Shown: positions 37,704 through 48,500 of the stretch, piece by piece
How the letters are laid out: each line of letters begins with the position of its first letter
How positions within the stretch are numbered: position 1 is the stretch's first letter
Origin: a virus
Taxonomy: Duplodnaviria; Caudoviricetes
DNA: 58,942 nucleotides
IMG/VR virus record: IMGVR_UViG_3300032284_001272
Location: 1-58,942 of that record
Direction: 5' to 3' (one strand)
The notes under the pieces: generated by a model
What the model was told of the DNA's origin: nothing
The model's database searches: none
The model's input: the letters and a program-made list of their open reading frames with translations, nothing else
Made by a program: the position numbers and the translations under genes

Positions 37704-38113
37704 TGGCTAGTTTAGATGACATCCTCACTACCCAGAAAAACGGCGTTGTCGCGATCAACAACCTCGCGACCTACGCTGCGAATTACTATAACCTTAATCG
37801 CGGTACTGTAGTACCTCCTACAGCCGGAACTGTATCTACATCCGTACTCTACACCGTACCAACAGGTGTACAGTTTCAATTGCAAGAGTTGGATATTGTT
37901 AACACTGTTGCAACGGCAGGTACATTTACCGTTTACCTCGTACCATCTGGATCTACGCCCTCACAAGCGAACGCGCTATTTTACACCGCTCCTATTCCGG
38001 GATTTACAACTGTCCAATGGAAGGGAGAGCTTGCTTTGCCAGCCGGGTCAACAATCCAAGCGGCTACGTCCGCTACCACAATCACCATTAAGCTGGCGGG
38101 AGCTGCGGTATGA
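37703..38113 (+). CDS. Tail protein
   Basis: LYTVP...IVN beta-sandwich; coupled to the nozzle gene. Confidence 0.6.
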   Translation: MASLDDILTTQKNGVVAINNLATYAANYYNLNRGTVVPPTAGTVSTSVLYTVPTGVQFQLQELDIVNTVATAGTFTVYLVPSGSTPSQANALFYTAPIPGFTTVQWKGELALPAGSTIQAATSATTITIKLAGAAV

Positions 38114-38892
38114 CGATCACGACTTACCCTAACTATACGATATCAAACACTGAAAACACATACTCCGCTCCGTGGTATATGCAAGTATCGCGCAACCTTG
38201 TGCCGGGCGCGTCAGTCGTTAATATTTACGGATATCAAAGTGCGCTCCCTAACTCCAGCGGCGCTACATATTATCCAGTATGGGACAATACAACGGTTTA
38301 CACATATCCTGTTTCAGCGACGACCATGTTGTTGTGGAGCAGTTCCGCTTCAGACACGAACGTCTCAGTTTTAATAAACGGTTTGGATTCAAGTTATAAT
38401 CCATTATCTGAAACCCTTGTTTTGACCAACGGAACAACTGGCGTAACGACCGTAAACAGTTATTTGAGGATCAACGGAATACAAATTGCGGGATCAAATA
38501 ATGCGGTTGGTACAATCAATCTTGGGAACGCGGGTAAAACAATTTACTATGCTGTGATTGTGGCGGGTAATGGGAAAAGCCAATCAACTATTTACACCGT
38601 CCCAAATGGATACACATTTTATTTGACGCGATCTAACGCATATTCAAGTTTGAATGGGAATACCGCAGGAAACTACGTCAATTATCGTGTTTTTACGCAA
38701 AATTCGTCTGGATTAATTCAAGTTTTGCTTCAGGCTCCATTTGTGAGTTCTTATCAAACATTACGCGTTTCCCCGCGAGGATATACTCAAAAAACCGACA
38801 TTCAGTGGCAAATCGCTGGGAACCCCGCTTCAGGCACCTCCTCTGTAGGGATCGGCGTGGAAGGCGTTTTGATCGCCAACACTGCTGCATAA
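38110..38892 (+). CDS. Virion structural protein
   Basis: IYTVPNGYTFYL, KTDIQ. Confidence 0.6.
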   Translation: MTITTYPNYTISNTENTYSAPWYMQVSRNLVPGASVVNIYGYQSALPNSSGATYYPVWDNTTVYTYPVSATTMLLWSSSASDTNVSVLINGLDSSYNPLSETLVLTNGTTGVTTVNSYLRINGIQIAGSNNAVGTINLGNAGKTIYYAVIVAGNGKSQSTIYTVPNGYTFYLTRSNAYSSLNGNTAGNYVNYRVFTQNSSGLIQVLLQAPFVSSYQTLRVSPRGYTQKTDIQWQIAGNPASGTSSVGIGVEGVLIANTAA

Positions 38893-38957
38893 CGTAAAGT
38901 TATTTGGTTGGCCTTCAAGCAAAAAATAGTATAAGAAAGAACAAAAGGGGAACAAAT

Positions 38958-40352
38958 ATGCCTACACTAGACGATTACATGAATGACCAGAATGACCCGG
39001 GTTTAGGGTTTGATGGTGCAGAGGTTAGGTCGCCGTTAAATGGAACCCCAATGGGCATCCGTTCGCGTTCGCAACAGCAAATGCTTAGTCAACTTGGCAT
39101 TCAGGGCCAGCCACAGCGCACAGCCCCCGTCCTCCCACGCTTAAATCAGTTCCCCCCATCCTATATTGACAACAATTCTGCGGTTATCCGCGATGATTCA
39201 ACCGGGCCGAAGGCAATAGATTTTCAAAATGTATTGAAAAATGCGTTCGGTGAACAATCGCCCGGTGCCGTTAACCTTGGTGCTGGTCAACAGCTCCCAT
39301 CAAGGCCGCAGCCCCTACCTCCTGTACACCCCGGCTTCCGCCCGGGTGGGCAAGACACATATTCAGAACCGACTTATTCGGCCCCTCCCGAATTTCGTTC
39401 CGGTAGTCAGGATGCGGTTTACGAACCTATGCATGACAGGATCATGCCTCCTAGCCCAACACAGGCGGCACAAGAGGCGCAGCAGGATTTAAGGTCTGCT
39501 TCCGGCACATACACAGCGCCGTATGAACCCGCACAGGTTCAGCCACGCCACCCTATGACGGCTACCCCTAAAACGGCTCGCCCTGTCACAAGAACGCAGC
39601 CCGTGGACCCAAATGCAGGAATGCATAAGGTTTGGTACGACAAGAATATGCATCGCGTTGGTGTGGGTGATAGCGCCCCATCTGGTGTTGCTCCAGATTC
39701 GTTTGATTACGAACCCAACAACATGACCTTTATGCAGAGGCTTGTGAGAGGTGCGTTTGATACCCCTCAGAAGGCTGGCGGCGGTCCTATTGAGATGGCT
39801 CAGAAGTATGCTTCTGGAGGCTCTCCAGAGGCCCATAGCGGCATTATCAACATGGCTGTTGGGGGACGTACCGATCATATCCCAATGAACGTCCTAGAGG
39901 GTTCTTATGTCCTCCCAGCGGATATCGTGTCTGGGTTGGGTGAGGGGAATACCCTCGCTGGTGCCAAAATCGTGGACAATATGTTTAAGGGCGGTCCATT
40001 TGGGTCAACTCCCCCAGCGTCAAAGGCAAGTGTTGATTTCCCAGCACCGCGTTATCAATGGTCGATGGGGCAGGATCAAACTGACCCGTATGGAGTGTTT
40101 AAGAAAATTGAATCTCCCGCAGCAAAGAATGGTGGGGCGATTTACAAAGCCGTAGGTGGGGGGCTTTCCCAACGCGGTAAAATTCCGATTATTGCGGCTG
40201 GCGGGGAATACGTTGTTCACCCGGAAGTCGTTGAAAGGCTTGGTAATGGAGACATGAATAAAGGTCATGAGTATTTGGACAATTTCGTTAAATATGTGCG
40301 CAAACACACTGTGAAAACGCTTAACAAATTACCGCCGCCCAAGAAAAATTAA
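38958..40352 (+). CDS. Internal virion protein with two tape-measure-C-terminal-like (G.YV.P) domains; candidate processing factor
   Basis: GGRTDHIPMNVLEGSYVLPADIVSGLGEG and IPIIAAGGEYVVHPEVVERLG, each preceded by xxGG motifs. Confidence 0.6.
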   Translation: MPTLDDYMNDQNDPGLGFDGAEVRSPLNGTPMGIRSRSQQQMLSQLGIQGQPQRTAPVLPRLNQFPPSYIDNNSAVIRDDSTGPKAIDFQNVLKNAFGEQSPGAVNLGAGQQLPSRPQPLPPVHPGFRPGGQDTYSEPTYSAPPEFRSGSQDAVYEPMHDRIMPPSPTQAAQEAQQDLRSASGTYTAPYEPAQVQPRHPMTATPKTARPVTRTQPVDPNAGMHKVWYDKNMHRVGVGDSAPSGVAPDSFDYEPNNMTFMQRLVRGAFDTPQKAGGGPIEMAQKYASGGSPEAHSGIINMAVGGRTDHIPMNVLEGSYVLPADIVSGLGEGNTLAGAKIVDNMFKGGPFGSTPPASKASVDFPAPRYQWSMGQDQTDPYGVFKKIESPAAKNGGAIYKAVGGGLSQRGKIPIIAAGGEYVVHPEVVERLGNGDMNKGHEYLDNFVKYVRKHTVKTLNKLPPPKKN

Positions 40353-40449
40353 AGTTGAGCAAAATCACCATGCAATTTAATTGCCGCCGCACAATAAATA
40401 ACATACAGGATTTTATCCCGTACACAAGTGAAAAAATAACTGGAGCAGT

Positions 40450-40917
40450 GTGTTGACCGATTATAATGTCGAAATTGCTACCCCTGATGATGAAGACCTG
40501 ATCGTCGATATGTTTAAATTGATGCACGAAGAAAACGGCATCTTTGACATTTCAGAAGATAAGGTTCGCCAAATGGTGAGAATGGCGACCTCAAACAAAG
40601 GTGGCATTATTGGGATTATTAAAGGCGATGATTTTTTGGAAGGAATGATTTGCCTTATTATCGACCAGCTTTGGTATTCTGAAGAATGGTTTTTGAGTGA
40701 GCTTTTTAATTTTGTTCACCCTAATTTCCGCCGTTCTTCAAGGGTAAAATCTCTTTTGGCGTTTGCCAAAAAATGTTCGACTGAGGTTCACCTCCCCCTC
40801 TTAATTGGTGTCGTCAGCAATGAGCGCACAGAGGCAAAAGTGAAACTTTATGAAAGACAGTTCCCAAAAGCGGGTGCTTTCTTCATGTATAATGGCGACT
40901 ACGCAAGGATGAGCTAA
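40450..40917 (+). CDS. GNAT-fold acetyltransferase
   Basis: FVHPNFRRS motif A-like segment, KLYER; typical position before ejection genes. Confidence 0.65.
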   Translation: MLTDYNVEIATPDDEDLIVDMFKLMHEENGIFDISEDKVRQMVRMATSNKGGIIGIIKGDDFLEGMICLIIDQLWYSEEWFLSELFNFVHPNFRRSSRVKSLLAFAKKCSTEVHLPLLIGVVSNERTEAKVKLYERQFPKAGAFFMYNGDYARMS

Positions 40918-40918
40918 T

Positions 40919-43900
40919 ATGGGTAGTTTTTTAAGTGGCCTTTTTGGCGGCAGCAACAGCACATCCCAAACCACAACGAAAACGCCAAATTCGGCGGTTC
41001 TCGCTGATTACCTTGCTATGCTTAAGCAGGGTCAAACGTTATCTTCGCAACCTTATCCAGACTATACTCCATCCGCTGCAGCGGCAGCTCAGTCCAAATA
41101 CGACCCTAGCCTTGTCGCGGCTATGACACCGCAACAATATCAAGCTATGTCCGGGATGAATAACCTGCCCGGTTATTCACAACCATACATGCAAGCGGCA
41201 GCCGGGTTGGCGGGGTTGGCAGCATCCCCAATTGAGATGCAACAATTTTCCCCCGGGGCAGTAAATCAATACCTATCCCCATACATGCAGGACGTTATGG
41301 GTTCTGCTGTCGCGAACATTAATGAGACGAATGCCCAACAGCAACAACAAGTGTTGGGCAATACAATCGCTCGCGGCGCTTTCGGCGGAGATCGTGGATC
41401 TATCGCCCAATCGGAACTTGCCCGTCAGCAAAACCTCGCGAATAACGCGACATTGGCGAATATCGCGAATACGGGATATGGTCAGGCGCTTGGTGAATTT
41501 AATAACCAGCAGCAACAAAATATGCTGGCTCAATTGCAGTCTCGTGAACTTGCGGGCAATGCGGCTGGCCAATTTGCGAACATTGGTACGCAGGGTCAGA
41601 ACGCCTATTTGCAGGGATTGCAAGCGCAGTATGGCGCGGGAACGGCTCAGCAACAGCAAGAACAGGCAAGATTAAGCACCGCCTACCAGCAGTATTTGAA
41701 TCAACAGCAATACCCATACCAGCAGCTTAACTGGTATAGTGGATTGCTGAACGGAGCAGCAAGTGGCATGGGCGGCACAACAACCGCTCAAATTCCACAG
41801 CCTAGCCTCGCCAACCAGCTCATTGGCGGTATCGGCATGATTGGCGCGATGAACGGTAGTGGCAACAATTATTTCAATAGTGGGCTTAGCTCCCTTGGAA
41901 ATGTCGCAAGTTCAATTGGCAGCGGGATTAGTAGCGCCGCCAGCGGTGTGGGTAATTGGTTGAGCGGTCTTGGATTTGCTGAAGGTGGTCGCGTCGGCTA
42001 TGCTGACGGAGGATCGCCTACGATTACTCCTGATCAAGCTTATAAAAATTATGTGGCTTTGGCTCAGTCTGGAACAGCAACCCCATCTGAACTTGATGCC
42101 GCTTATCAACAGTATTTGTCTGTTGAGCAGAATTATGTAGCACCACCAACAGCTACACCTGCGGCTACCCCTACAACTCCACCAATGACAAAGAATCAGC
42201 AAAATATTGCGGATCAAGTCAATAAATTTGGCGCTGGAATTTCCTCTTTGTCTAGCGGCAATAATTATAATGGCGGGAATGGCGGTCGCGGTAATACTTC
42301 CATTGATAATGGTAATGCTGACCCAAGTTCTGGAAGCGTAAATTCTAACACCGTTAAAAACCCAGCTGATGCCGCTATTGGCCTCCCGGGAACTGGCGAT
42401 GTTGGGTCCGGCAACGCATCCAACCCAAGCTATGGCACAGGGCAGACAATTGGCGGACTTGTCGGCGGAACTGCTGGGTTGATTGGCGGCGGGATTCCGG
42501 GTGCTATCAATGGCTATAGGTTGGGAACAGAGGCTGCTGGATTTATCACTGGTCCTGAGACCCTCCCGACCCCAAGCTCCACATACTCTTACCCCGGTGC
42601 TGGCCAGCCTGAAACTCAAATTAACAATACCGGAAATGGAGTCATAACGGGTACTGAAAACCCGTTTAATGGCACCGTTCAAGCAAAATATAATTCCCTC
42701 TCACCTGATGTTGGCGTTCAACCAAATGCGCCTACAGCGGGAGTTCCAACTTCGGATTCATTAAAGCTTTTCAGCCAAATTGCCCAGCAGGAATCGGGAG
42801 CGCAACAATTTGATAAAAAAGGCAACCCAATAATTGATACTGTACCGGGTGCAAACGGTGAATATGCAATTGGGTTCTCTCAAATACAGCCATCAACTGC
42901 GGCTGCTGCTGCGGCTGCGGCTGGGCTTCCATTTGACGCTACGCGCCTTGCCACAGACCCTAATTACAATGCCGCTATTGGTCAGGCTTATACGTCACAA
43001 TTGGTAGATAAGTATAACGGGAATACAACTCTTGCAGCGGCAGCGTATAACGCTGGCGAAGGAAATGTTGCAAATGTGATTAAAATGTTTAACGGCGATT
43101 TGAATGCCGCCGCAAAATATGTGTCTGAAAGAGGTTACGTTAAGGAAGTTGCTGGTCAGCCTATTAGCCAACCTACAATTCAAGATTTCTCTCAAATCTC
43201 TCCGGCGCTGTCTGGACTTCAGCAAGGTAATATTATCACGCAATTGGGTGATACAGGGTTATCAAATCAACCGATTATGACTGCGCCAGAAAGTACTGGG
43301 GCACAACAAAACGCATCCTCAGATGTTTCTAACCCATACGGGTTTGCGAGCAACCTAAACGTTAATGGTTTAGGAGGGGTTACTATGGCGGATAGCAACC
43401 CTTCAGGTAGTGGATTAGTCACGGATCGAACCATGACGGCTCCGGCAGAAGCTGGGAATTATGGATTTGGATCATTTGGATTTAATGGACCTCAACCCAA
43501 CGGTGGAAATGATTTAGGTGGTAATAGCAATTATTCTGCTGCTGGAGGCCAAAATTCTCCATCGGAAAGCAGTGGTGGACCGGGCGGCGGAAGCAGTGGC
43601 GGATGGGGCAGCTACGGCATGAGTACAAACGATGGCGGTGCTAGCGTTGGTAGCTATGGTAATGATAGCAGCGGAAGTGATAGCAGCGGTAGCGGCGGTG
43701 AAAAGCGCGGCGGTCTTGTCACGCGTCATCACCACTACGACAGCGGTGGTGTTGTCGCTCCTTCAGCTATGCCACAGCAAATCTCATTACAGTATGGTAT
43801 GCCAACACAGGCAGACCTGAAACGTTTTGCTCAATCCATTATGGGCAGCGGGGCAGGTCAGAACAACGCACAGGCGGAAGCTTTGGCGGCAAGCGGTGTT

Positions 43901-45544
43901 GTGCCTCAACAACAAGCGTCTGGTGGCCGCATTCACAAGCAGGTCGCGGGGCCAGTCGTGTGGTCTGGCGGAGACATGATGCCGGATCAGTCTTTTATCC
44001 CAACTGGACCTGACGCAGTTTTGGAAGAGCCAAAATATCAGCCATCCGTAGAGGTTAAACCATCTGGTTTGATTAACCGTACCAGTGGTGCGTATGACCC
44101 TACTATGGGCGGCGCTCCTCCTCAAAAACAAGACCTCTTGGAGCATCCAGCGTCTTCGAGAACTGAACCAGTCATGCCTAAGATTGACCTTGCTCCAGCA
44201 AAGGGTCCGGAAGAGGATTGGTCTGTTGCACCTATTGAAGAAGAGCCAAAGAAAAAAGGCGTTCAAGTTGCTCAGAACGTGAACCCTAAGGTGATGTCTG
44301 ATGCTGAACCTCAAGGCCAGCTTGGCGTTATGAGGGCTGAAGATCCATATCGTCTTGCTGCGTTCCAAGCGTTTGCCCGTCTTGCTGGCACACCGGGTTC
44401 ATTCGGTGTCGGCATGGCTGCGGCTGCGGACCAGTATGCGAAGACACTTATGGCTGGTCAGGAAGCACAACGTAAGCAGTTTGAAACGCTCGCTACGGCT
44501 GGTGAAAAGGGCGCTCAAGCGGATTATCTCCGTACTCAGGCTATGATGGGCCGTATCTCTGATAAGGGATTTGGTAGCGTCATCTCTACTCAAATGCCAG
44601 ATGGAAGCATCAAACAAGAACGTGTTATTGTTCCCCCGGGTCAAGCAGTTACGGCTGGCGGTCAGGGTGAAGTATCAACGTCACTTGGTGGTGCTGGCAC
44701 TCCATCTGCAACACCTCCTCAGGCGTTTTCTCAAGGCCCGGCTGCTGGTGCTGCTGATCCTCAGGAAGCTCTATACAAGCAAGCCGCCCTTACCCCATAT
44801 ATCGCTCAAGATATTAATCAGGCTGCTATCAGTCCTGAAATTCAAGCGAAAAAATACACTGACTTTGACTCTGAAGCGCAAAAACTTGCGAACGCTTCAA
44901 GGCAAAACCAGAACACACTGTATAATCAAATCAAGGCTTTGTCTGCGATCCCTGATGATGGATTTATGAAAGCTGGAGCTGGCGCTAACGTTCGTTATTT
45001 GGCGGCGAATTATTTCAATCAAGTTATCCCCGGACTTGGGGCTACGCCTGATAATATCGCAAATGCTGAAGTTGCGAATAAAATCGCAAACTATACTGCG
45101 CAAAGCACAGGTAATGATGCGGCGGCGGTATGGAAAAATGCGCTCGCTAAGTCACAGCCGGGTATTGAGTTGCAGAAATCCACATCAAATGAATTGCTTG
45201 CTTCTGCCCTTGTAAATCAAAAGCGAGAAGTGGATCGCGGGACATTCTCCAACTGGTATGGCGGTCAGACCTATCAACATGGTGGATCTGGAAACTCCGT
45301 GTTTGATAAGATTAATCCACCCGCTTTGTATCAGCGCGACCAGTTAATATTCCAAGACATGATGAACAATAAGTCGAAGACGTTGCCTGACGTTAATAAT
45401 CCGTCGAAGCAGGTTCTTGAAAACCCTGTGACGGCGGTATTGAACGGAAGAATGACGCCAGCAGAATTTGATGCGTGGGCCGATAAGACATACGGATCAC
45501 GTTACGGAATTAAGAATCTGCACCTTAGTGACTACCTCCGTTAA
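40919..45544 (+). CDS. DNA ejection/transfer protein with an internal lytic transglycosylase domain
   Basis: Q-rich N-terminus with GAFGGDR; QQESG, GFSQIQPSTA and AAAYNAGEG SLT motifs (about 42770-43150); paired GG motifs. Confidence 0.8.
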   Translation: MGSFLSGLFGGSNSTSQTTTKTPNSAVLADYLAMLKQGQTLSSQPYPDYTPSAAAAAQSKYDPSLVAAMTPQQYQAMSGMNNLPGYSQPYMQAAAGLAGLAASPIEMQQFSPGAVNQYLSPYMQDVMGSAVANINETNAQQQQQVLGNTIARGAFGGDRGSIAQSELARQQNLANNATLANIANTGYGQALGEFNNQQQQNMLAQLQSRELAGNAAGQFANIGTQGQNAYLQGLQAQYGAGTAQQQQEQARLSTAYQQYLNQQQYPYQQLNWYSGLLNGAASGMGGTTTAQIPQPSLANQLIGGIGMIGAMNGSGNNYFNSGLSSLGNVASSIGSGISSAASGVGNWLSGLGFAEGGRVGYADGGSPTITPDQAYKNYVALAQSGTATPSELDAAYQQYLSVEQNYVAPPTATPAATPTTPPMTKNQQNIADQVNKFGAGISSLSSGNNYNGGNGGRGNTSIDNGNADPSSGSVNSNTVKNPADAAIGLPGTGDVGSGNASNPSYGTGQTIGGLVGGTAGLIGGGIPGAINGYRLGTEAAGFITGPETLPTPSSTYSYPGAGQPETQINNTGNGVITGTENPFNGTVQAKYNSLSPDVGVQPNAPTAGVPTSDSLKLFSQIAQQESGAQQFDKKGNPIIDTVPGANGEYAIGFSQIQPSTAAAAAAAAGLPFDATRLATDPNYNAAIGQAYTSQLVDKYNGNTTLAAAAYNAGEGNVANVIKMFNGDLNAAAKYVSERGYVKEVAGQPISQPTIQDFSQISPALSGLQQGNIITQLGDTGLSNQPIMTAPESTGAQQNASSDVSNPYGFASNLNVNGLGGVTMADSNPSGSGLVTDRTMTAPAEAGNYGFGSFGFNGPQPNGGNDLGGNSNYSAAGGQNSPSESSGGPGGGSSGGWGSYGMSTNDGGASVGSYGNDSSGSDSSGSGGEKRGGLVTRHHHYDSGGVVAPSAMPQQISLQYGMPTQADLKRFAQSIMGSGAGQNNAQAEALAASGVVPQQQASGGRIHKQVAGPVVWSGGDMMPDQSFIPTGPDAVLEEPKYQPSVEVKPSGLINRTSGAYDPTMGGAPPQKQDLLEHPASSRTEPVMPKIDLAPAKGPEEDWSVAPIEEEPKKKGVQVAQNVNPKVMSDAEPQGQLGVMRAEDPYRLAAFQAFARLAGTPGSFGVGMAAAADQYAKTLMAGQEAQRKQFETLATAGEKGAQADYLRTQAMMGRISDKGFGSVISTQMPDGSIKQERVIVPPGQAVTAGGQGEVSTSLGGAGTPSATPPQAFSQGPAAGAADPQEALYKQAALTPYIAQDINQAAISPEIQAKKYTDFDSEAQKLANASRQNQNTLYNQIKALSAIPDDGFMKAGAGANVRYLAANYFNQVIPGLGATPDNIANAEVANKIANYTAQSTGNDAAAVWKNALAKSQPGIELQKSTSNELLASALVNQKREVDRGTFSNWYGGQTYQHGGSGNSVFDKINPPALYQRDQLIFQDMMNNKSKTLPDVNNPSKQVLENPVTAVLNGRMTPAEFDAWADKTYGSRYGIKNLHLSDYLR

Positions 45545-45555
45545 TAGAGGGCGAC

Positions 45556-48500
45556 ATGGCTGAAGCAAATTGGTCTGAAGTTTTTGGTGATACCCCCGGC
45601 CCAGATTTTGGGGATGAGAAACCGCAACAAAAAACAACGGATTGGGGCCAAGTATTTGGTGACAAGCCCGGCCCCACAGATACGTCTGAAACAGCTACTG
45701 CGAAGGACGAGTATGAAAAGCTTGTCCAGTCAAAGGAAGCGGAAGCTAACAAGATCATGAAGAGTCTTGGCGTTCAAGGTGCTATTGAGGCGGGTATACA
45801 AAGCACACCAATCGTCGGGCCTATTGTTCAGGGTATTGGCGCAACGGTAGGCGCTGCCCTGCCTGAAAGCCTTGGGTTCGCGACTGGTGACACTTACAGC
45901 AAAAGAAAAGAAGACCTCTACGCTCAGTTTGAAGCAATGCAACGAGCTGCGGAAAAACAACACCCATACGTTAAGGCGGGAACGGAAGTTGCGTCATCCC
46001 TTGTTTTACCAGCGGGTGGGATTTCTGCTGTTGGTGAAGCTGCTACAGGTTCTAAACTTCTTGGTCTTGGGCTAGAAGGCGCTACGTATGGCGGCGCTTC
46101 CGCCCTCGCTGAAAAAGCTGGGTCAAAGCCAGAGTCGGAGCAACAAGGGGTAGGGTCATCCGCCCTCCTTGGCGGCGAACTTGGCCTTGGGCTTGGCGCT
46201 GCTGGTGCAACAGTGGGTAAGGCTATTGAGAAGTTTGCCCCTGAATGGATGTCGGCTGTTGGCAATAAAGATGATTACCAAGTCAGTCAGCTTGCGAAAG
46301 CTTATGACAAGGACGTTAAAGCTGGCAACGTCAGTATGTCTTTTGATGACTGGATGGCGGCGCATAGTAATGGCCAACCAGTCAATTTGGCTGACCTTGG
46401 CGGTCCAAACGTTCAGAAATTCGTAACAAAAACATTTAAGAACCAGCCTGATCTTGCGGATCAATTCCGCGATACCCTTTTGGGTCGCTCACAAGACGCT
46501 TCTTCTCGATTTTCGGATTTTGCTCAAAGTTTGACTGATAGCGACCTTAATGCGTCACAAATAATTGATGAAGCAAAGCAGGAAGCTGTTAGGGCGCAAA
46601 GACAAGCTTATGCAGCCGCCTACGAGCCTGAAAATGGTTCCGGGACATGGAATCCTCAATGGAGTAGGTGGATCAATCTTCCTGAAGTGAAAAACGCTAT
46701 TATTAAAACAGAAGATGATCTGGTTAATGACGCGCAACACAGGAATTTGGACCCCAACGGGCGATTCCCTGAAATAAATCAAGTAAGAAGTCCATTTACT
46801 AGCGTTGATACGCCTAATGGTGGATTTAAACTTGTCATGAGCAGCCCACAGGCTGTGAACATGAAGTACATTGATTTTCTGCAACGCAACTTGAATGACG
46901 CGATTGATGCGGTTCCATCCAGTGCGCAAGGCGGCGTTAAAGATAGCCTTATCAATATTCGTAAAAAGATTATATCAGATGTCACTAATCCTGATAGCGA
47001 TTACTATAATGCCGCATATGCTAATGCATACAATTCTACGCCGCTATTCCGTGGGCAGACTGACGCTTTCTCATATGGGAAAAACCTTCTTTCAAGTATC
47101 CGAGATCCTGTAAAGGCTAGCCGTATCGCGAATGAAACTGGCATGATGACCGACGCGGAAAAAGATTTCGCGATGAAGGGTGTTATGTCCGATATGCTTG
47201 CGAAGGCGACGAAACCTGACGGTAGTTTGGACACAAGAAAATTGCAACAATACTTCATGCAAGGCAACCCACGCCAAGCGATGATGAATGCTTTTGGTGG
47301 GCAAAAATATGCAGATTTGAAGCGTTTCGTGGATGCTGAATCCGTTATGGCGGAAGCATACGCAAAATCCAGACAGCTTGGGAAAGTAACATCTACAGTT
47401 CCAAGGGATATGTCCACGTTGTTGAGTTATTTGTTTTTTGACAAATATGCTCTCGCGAAGGTTGTGGCTGATTACGGCAATAAATTTATGAGTGATCGTT
47501 ACGCCAAAAATATGGTGCAGCGTCTTATGTCTGATGACCCTCAGTCGATTCGATCCGCATATGATGACATCATCAACAACAAGCCAGTTCGCGGTGCATT
47601 CACCAATATGTTGAGCCGATTTGTCCCGGTCGCAGGGGGGCAAGCAGGCATACAACCCATGGGCAGACAGACACAGACAAACCCAGTTGAAGATTACGTG
47701 AACTCGCAGCTTCAAGCGGCGGGGATTAAACGTGCGTTTGGTGGTCGTGTCGCTTATAAAAAAGGAGGAAGGGTCGAGAAAGGAGAAGGTGGGTCTCTTT
47801 CTGAATTAGAACAATATATGCGTGATTTAATGGGGGATTACGGAGCAAAACGCGTTCAACGTGCTGCTGATGAGATTCCGGGTTTAGAAAAAATGTATAC
47901 TCCTGAAGCAATCAAAAAAGCTTTCGGAGAAAAAAATACTGTTCTCACTTCAATGCCGACAAAGAAATTTTTATCTTTTGCGCAGCCATTGGAAAATAAT
48001 GGTTATTATTACGAAGATGACCGTGGGAATAAACTTGACCAAGAGCAATACGTAAGGTTTTTAGCAGAAAAAGCTAAAACAACCGGGTTATATGATGTTC
48101 CTTATTTGGGCGTGAAAAACCTTGAAGAAAAAGGAAAAAAAATTGTTGCTGGCGCTCCTTATATTTACAAACATGAAGGAAGGCACCGAAACCTTGGGAT
48201 GTTAAGAGAAGGCATTCCGACGGGTTTGGCAAGAATTTTCCCGAACGAAGAAACAATGGTTAAAAACAAAATTGGGAAAAGATTAGAACATCCTGAGTTT
48301 GTTTCAAAAATGAATGATCTTATGGGGCCGTCACGTATGGTTTCCCCAGAAACATCTGTATCTTCATTTTCCAAAAATCCTGATATATTGCATTCTTTAC
48401 AAAAACAAGAAATGCCAGAATTTTATGAATCAGGTGGCCGTATCCATAAGGATGATGGTGGGGGTACAGACACAAGTGGTGGTCCGGGGTCAGCACCGGG

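Noticed and set aside
41273-47715. Long antisense ORFs (e.g. 41912-42682, 43787-44368, 47092-47715)
   Set aside because: They are shadows of the plus-strand genes, with no motifs or SD
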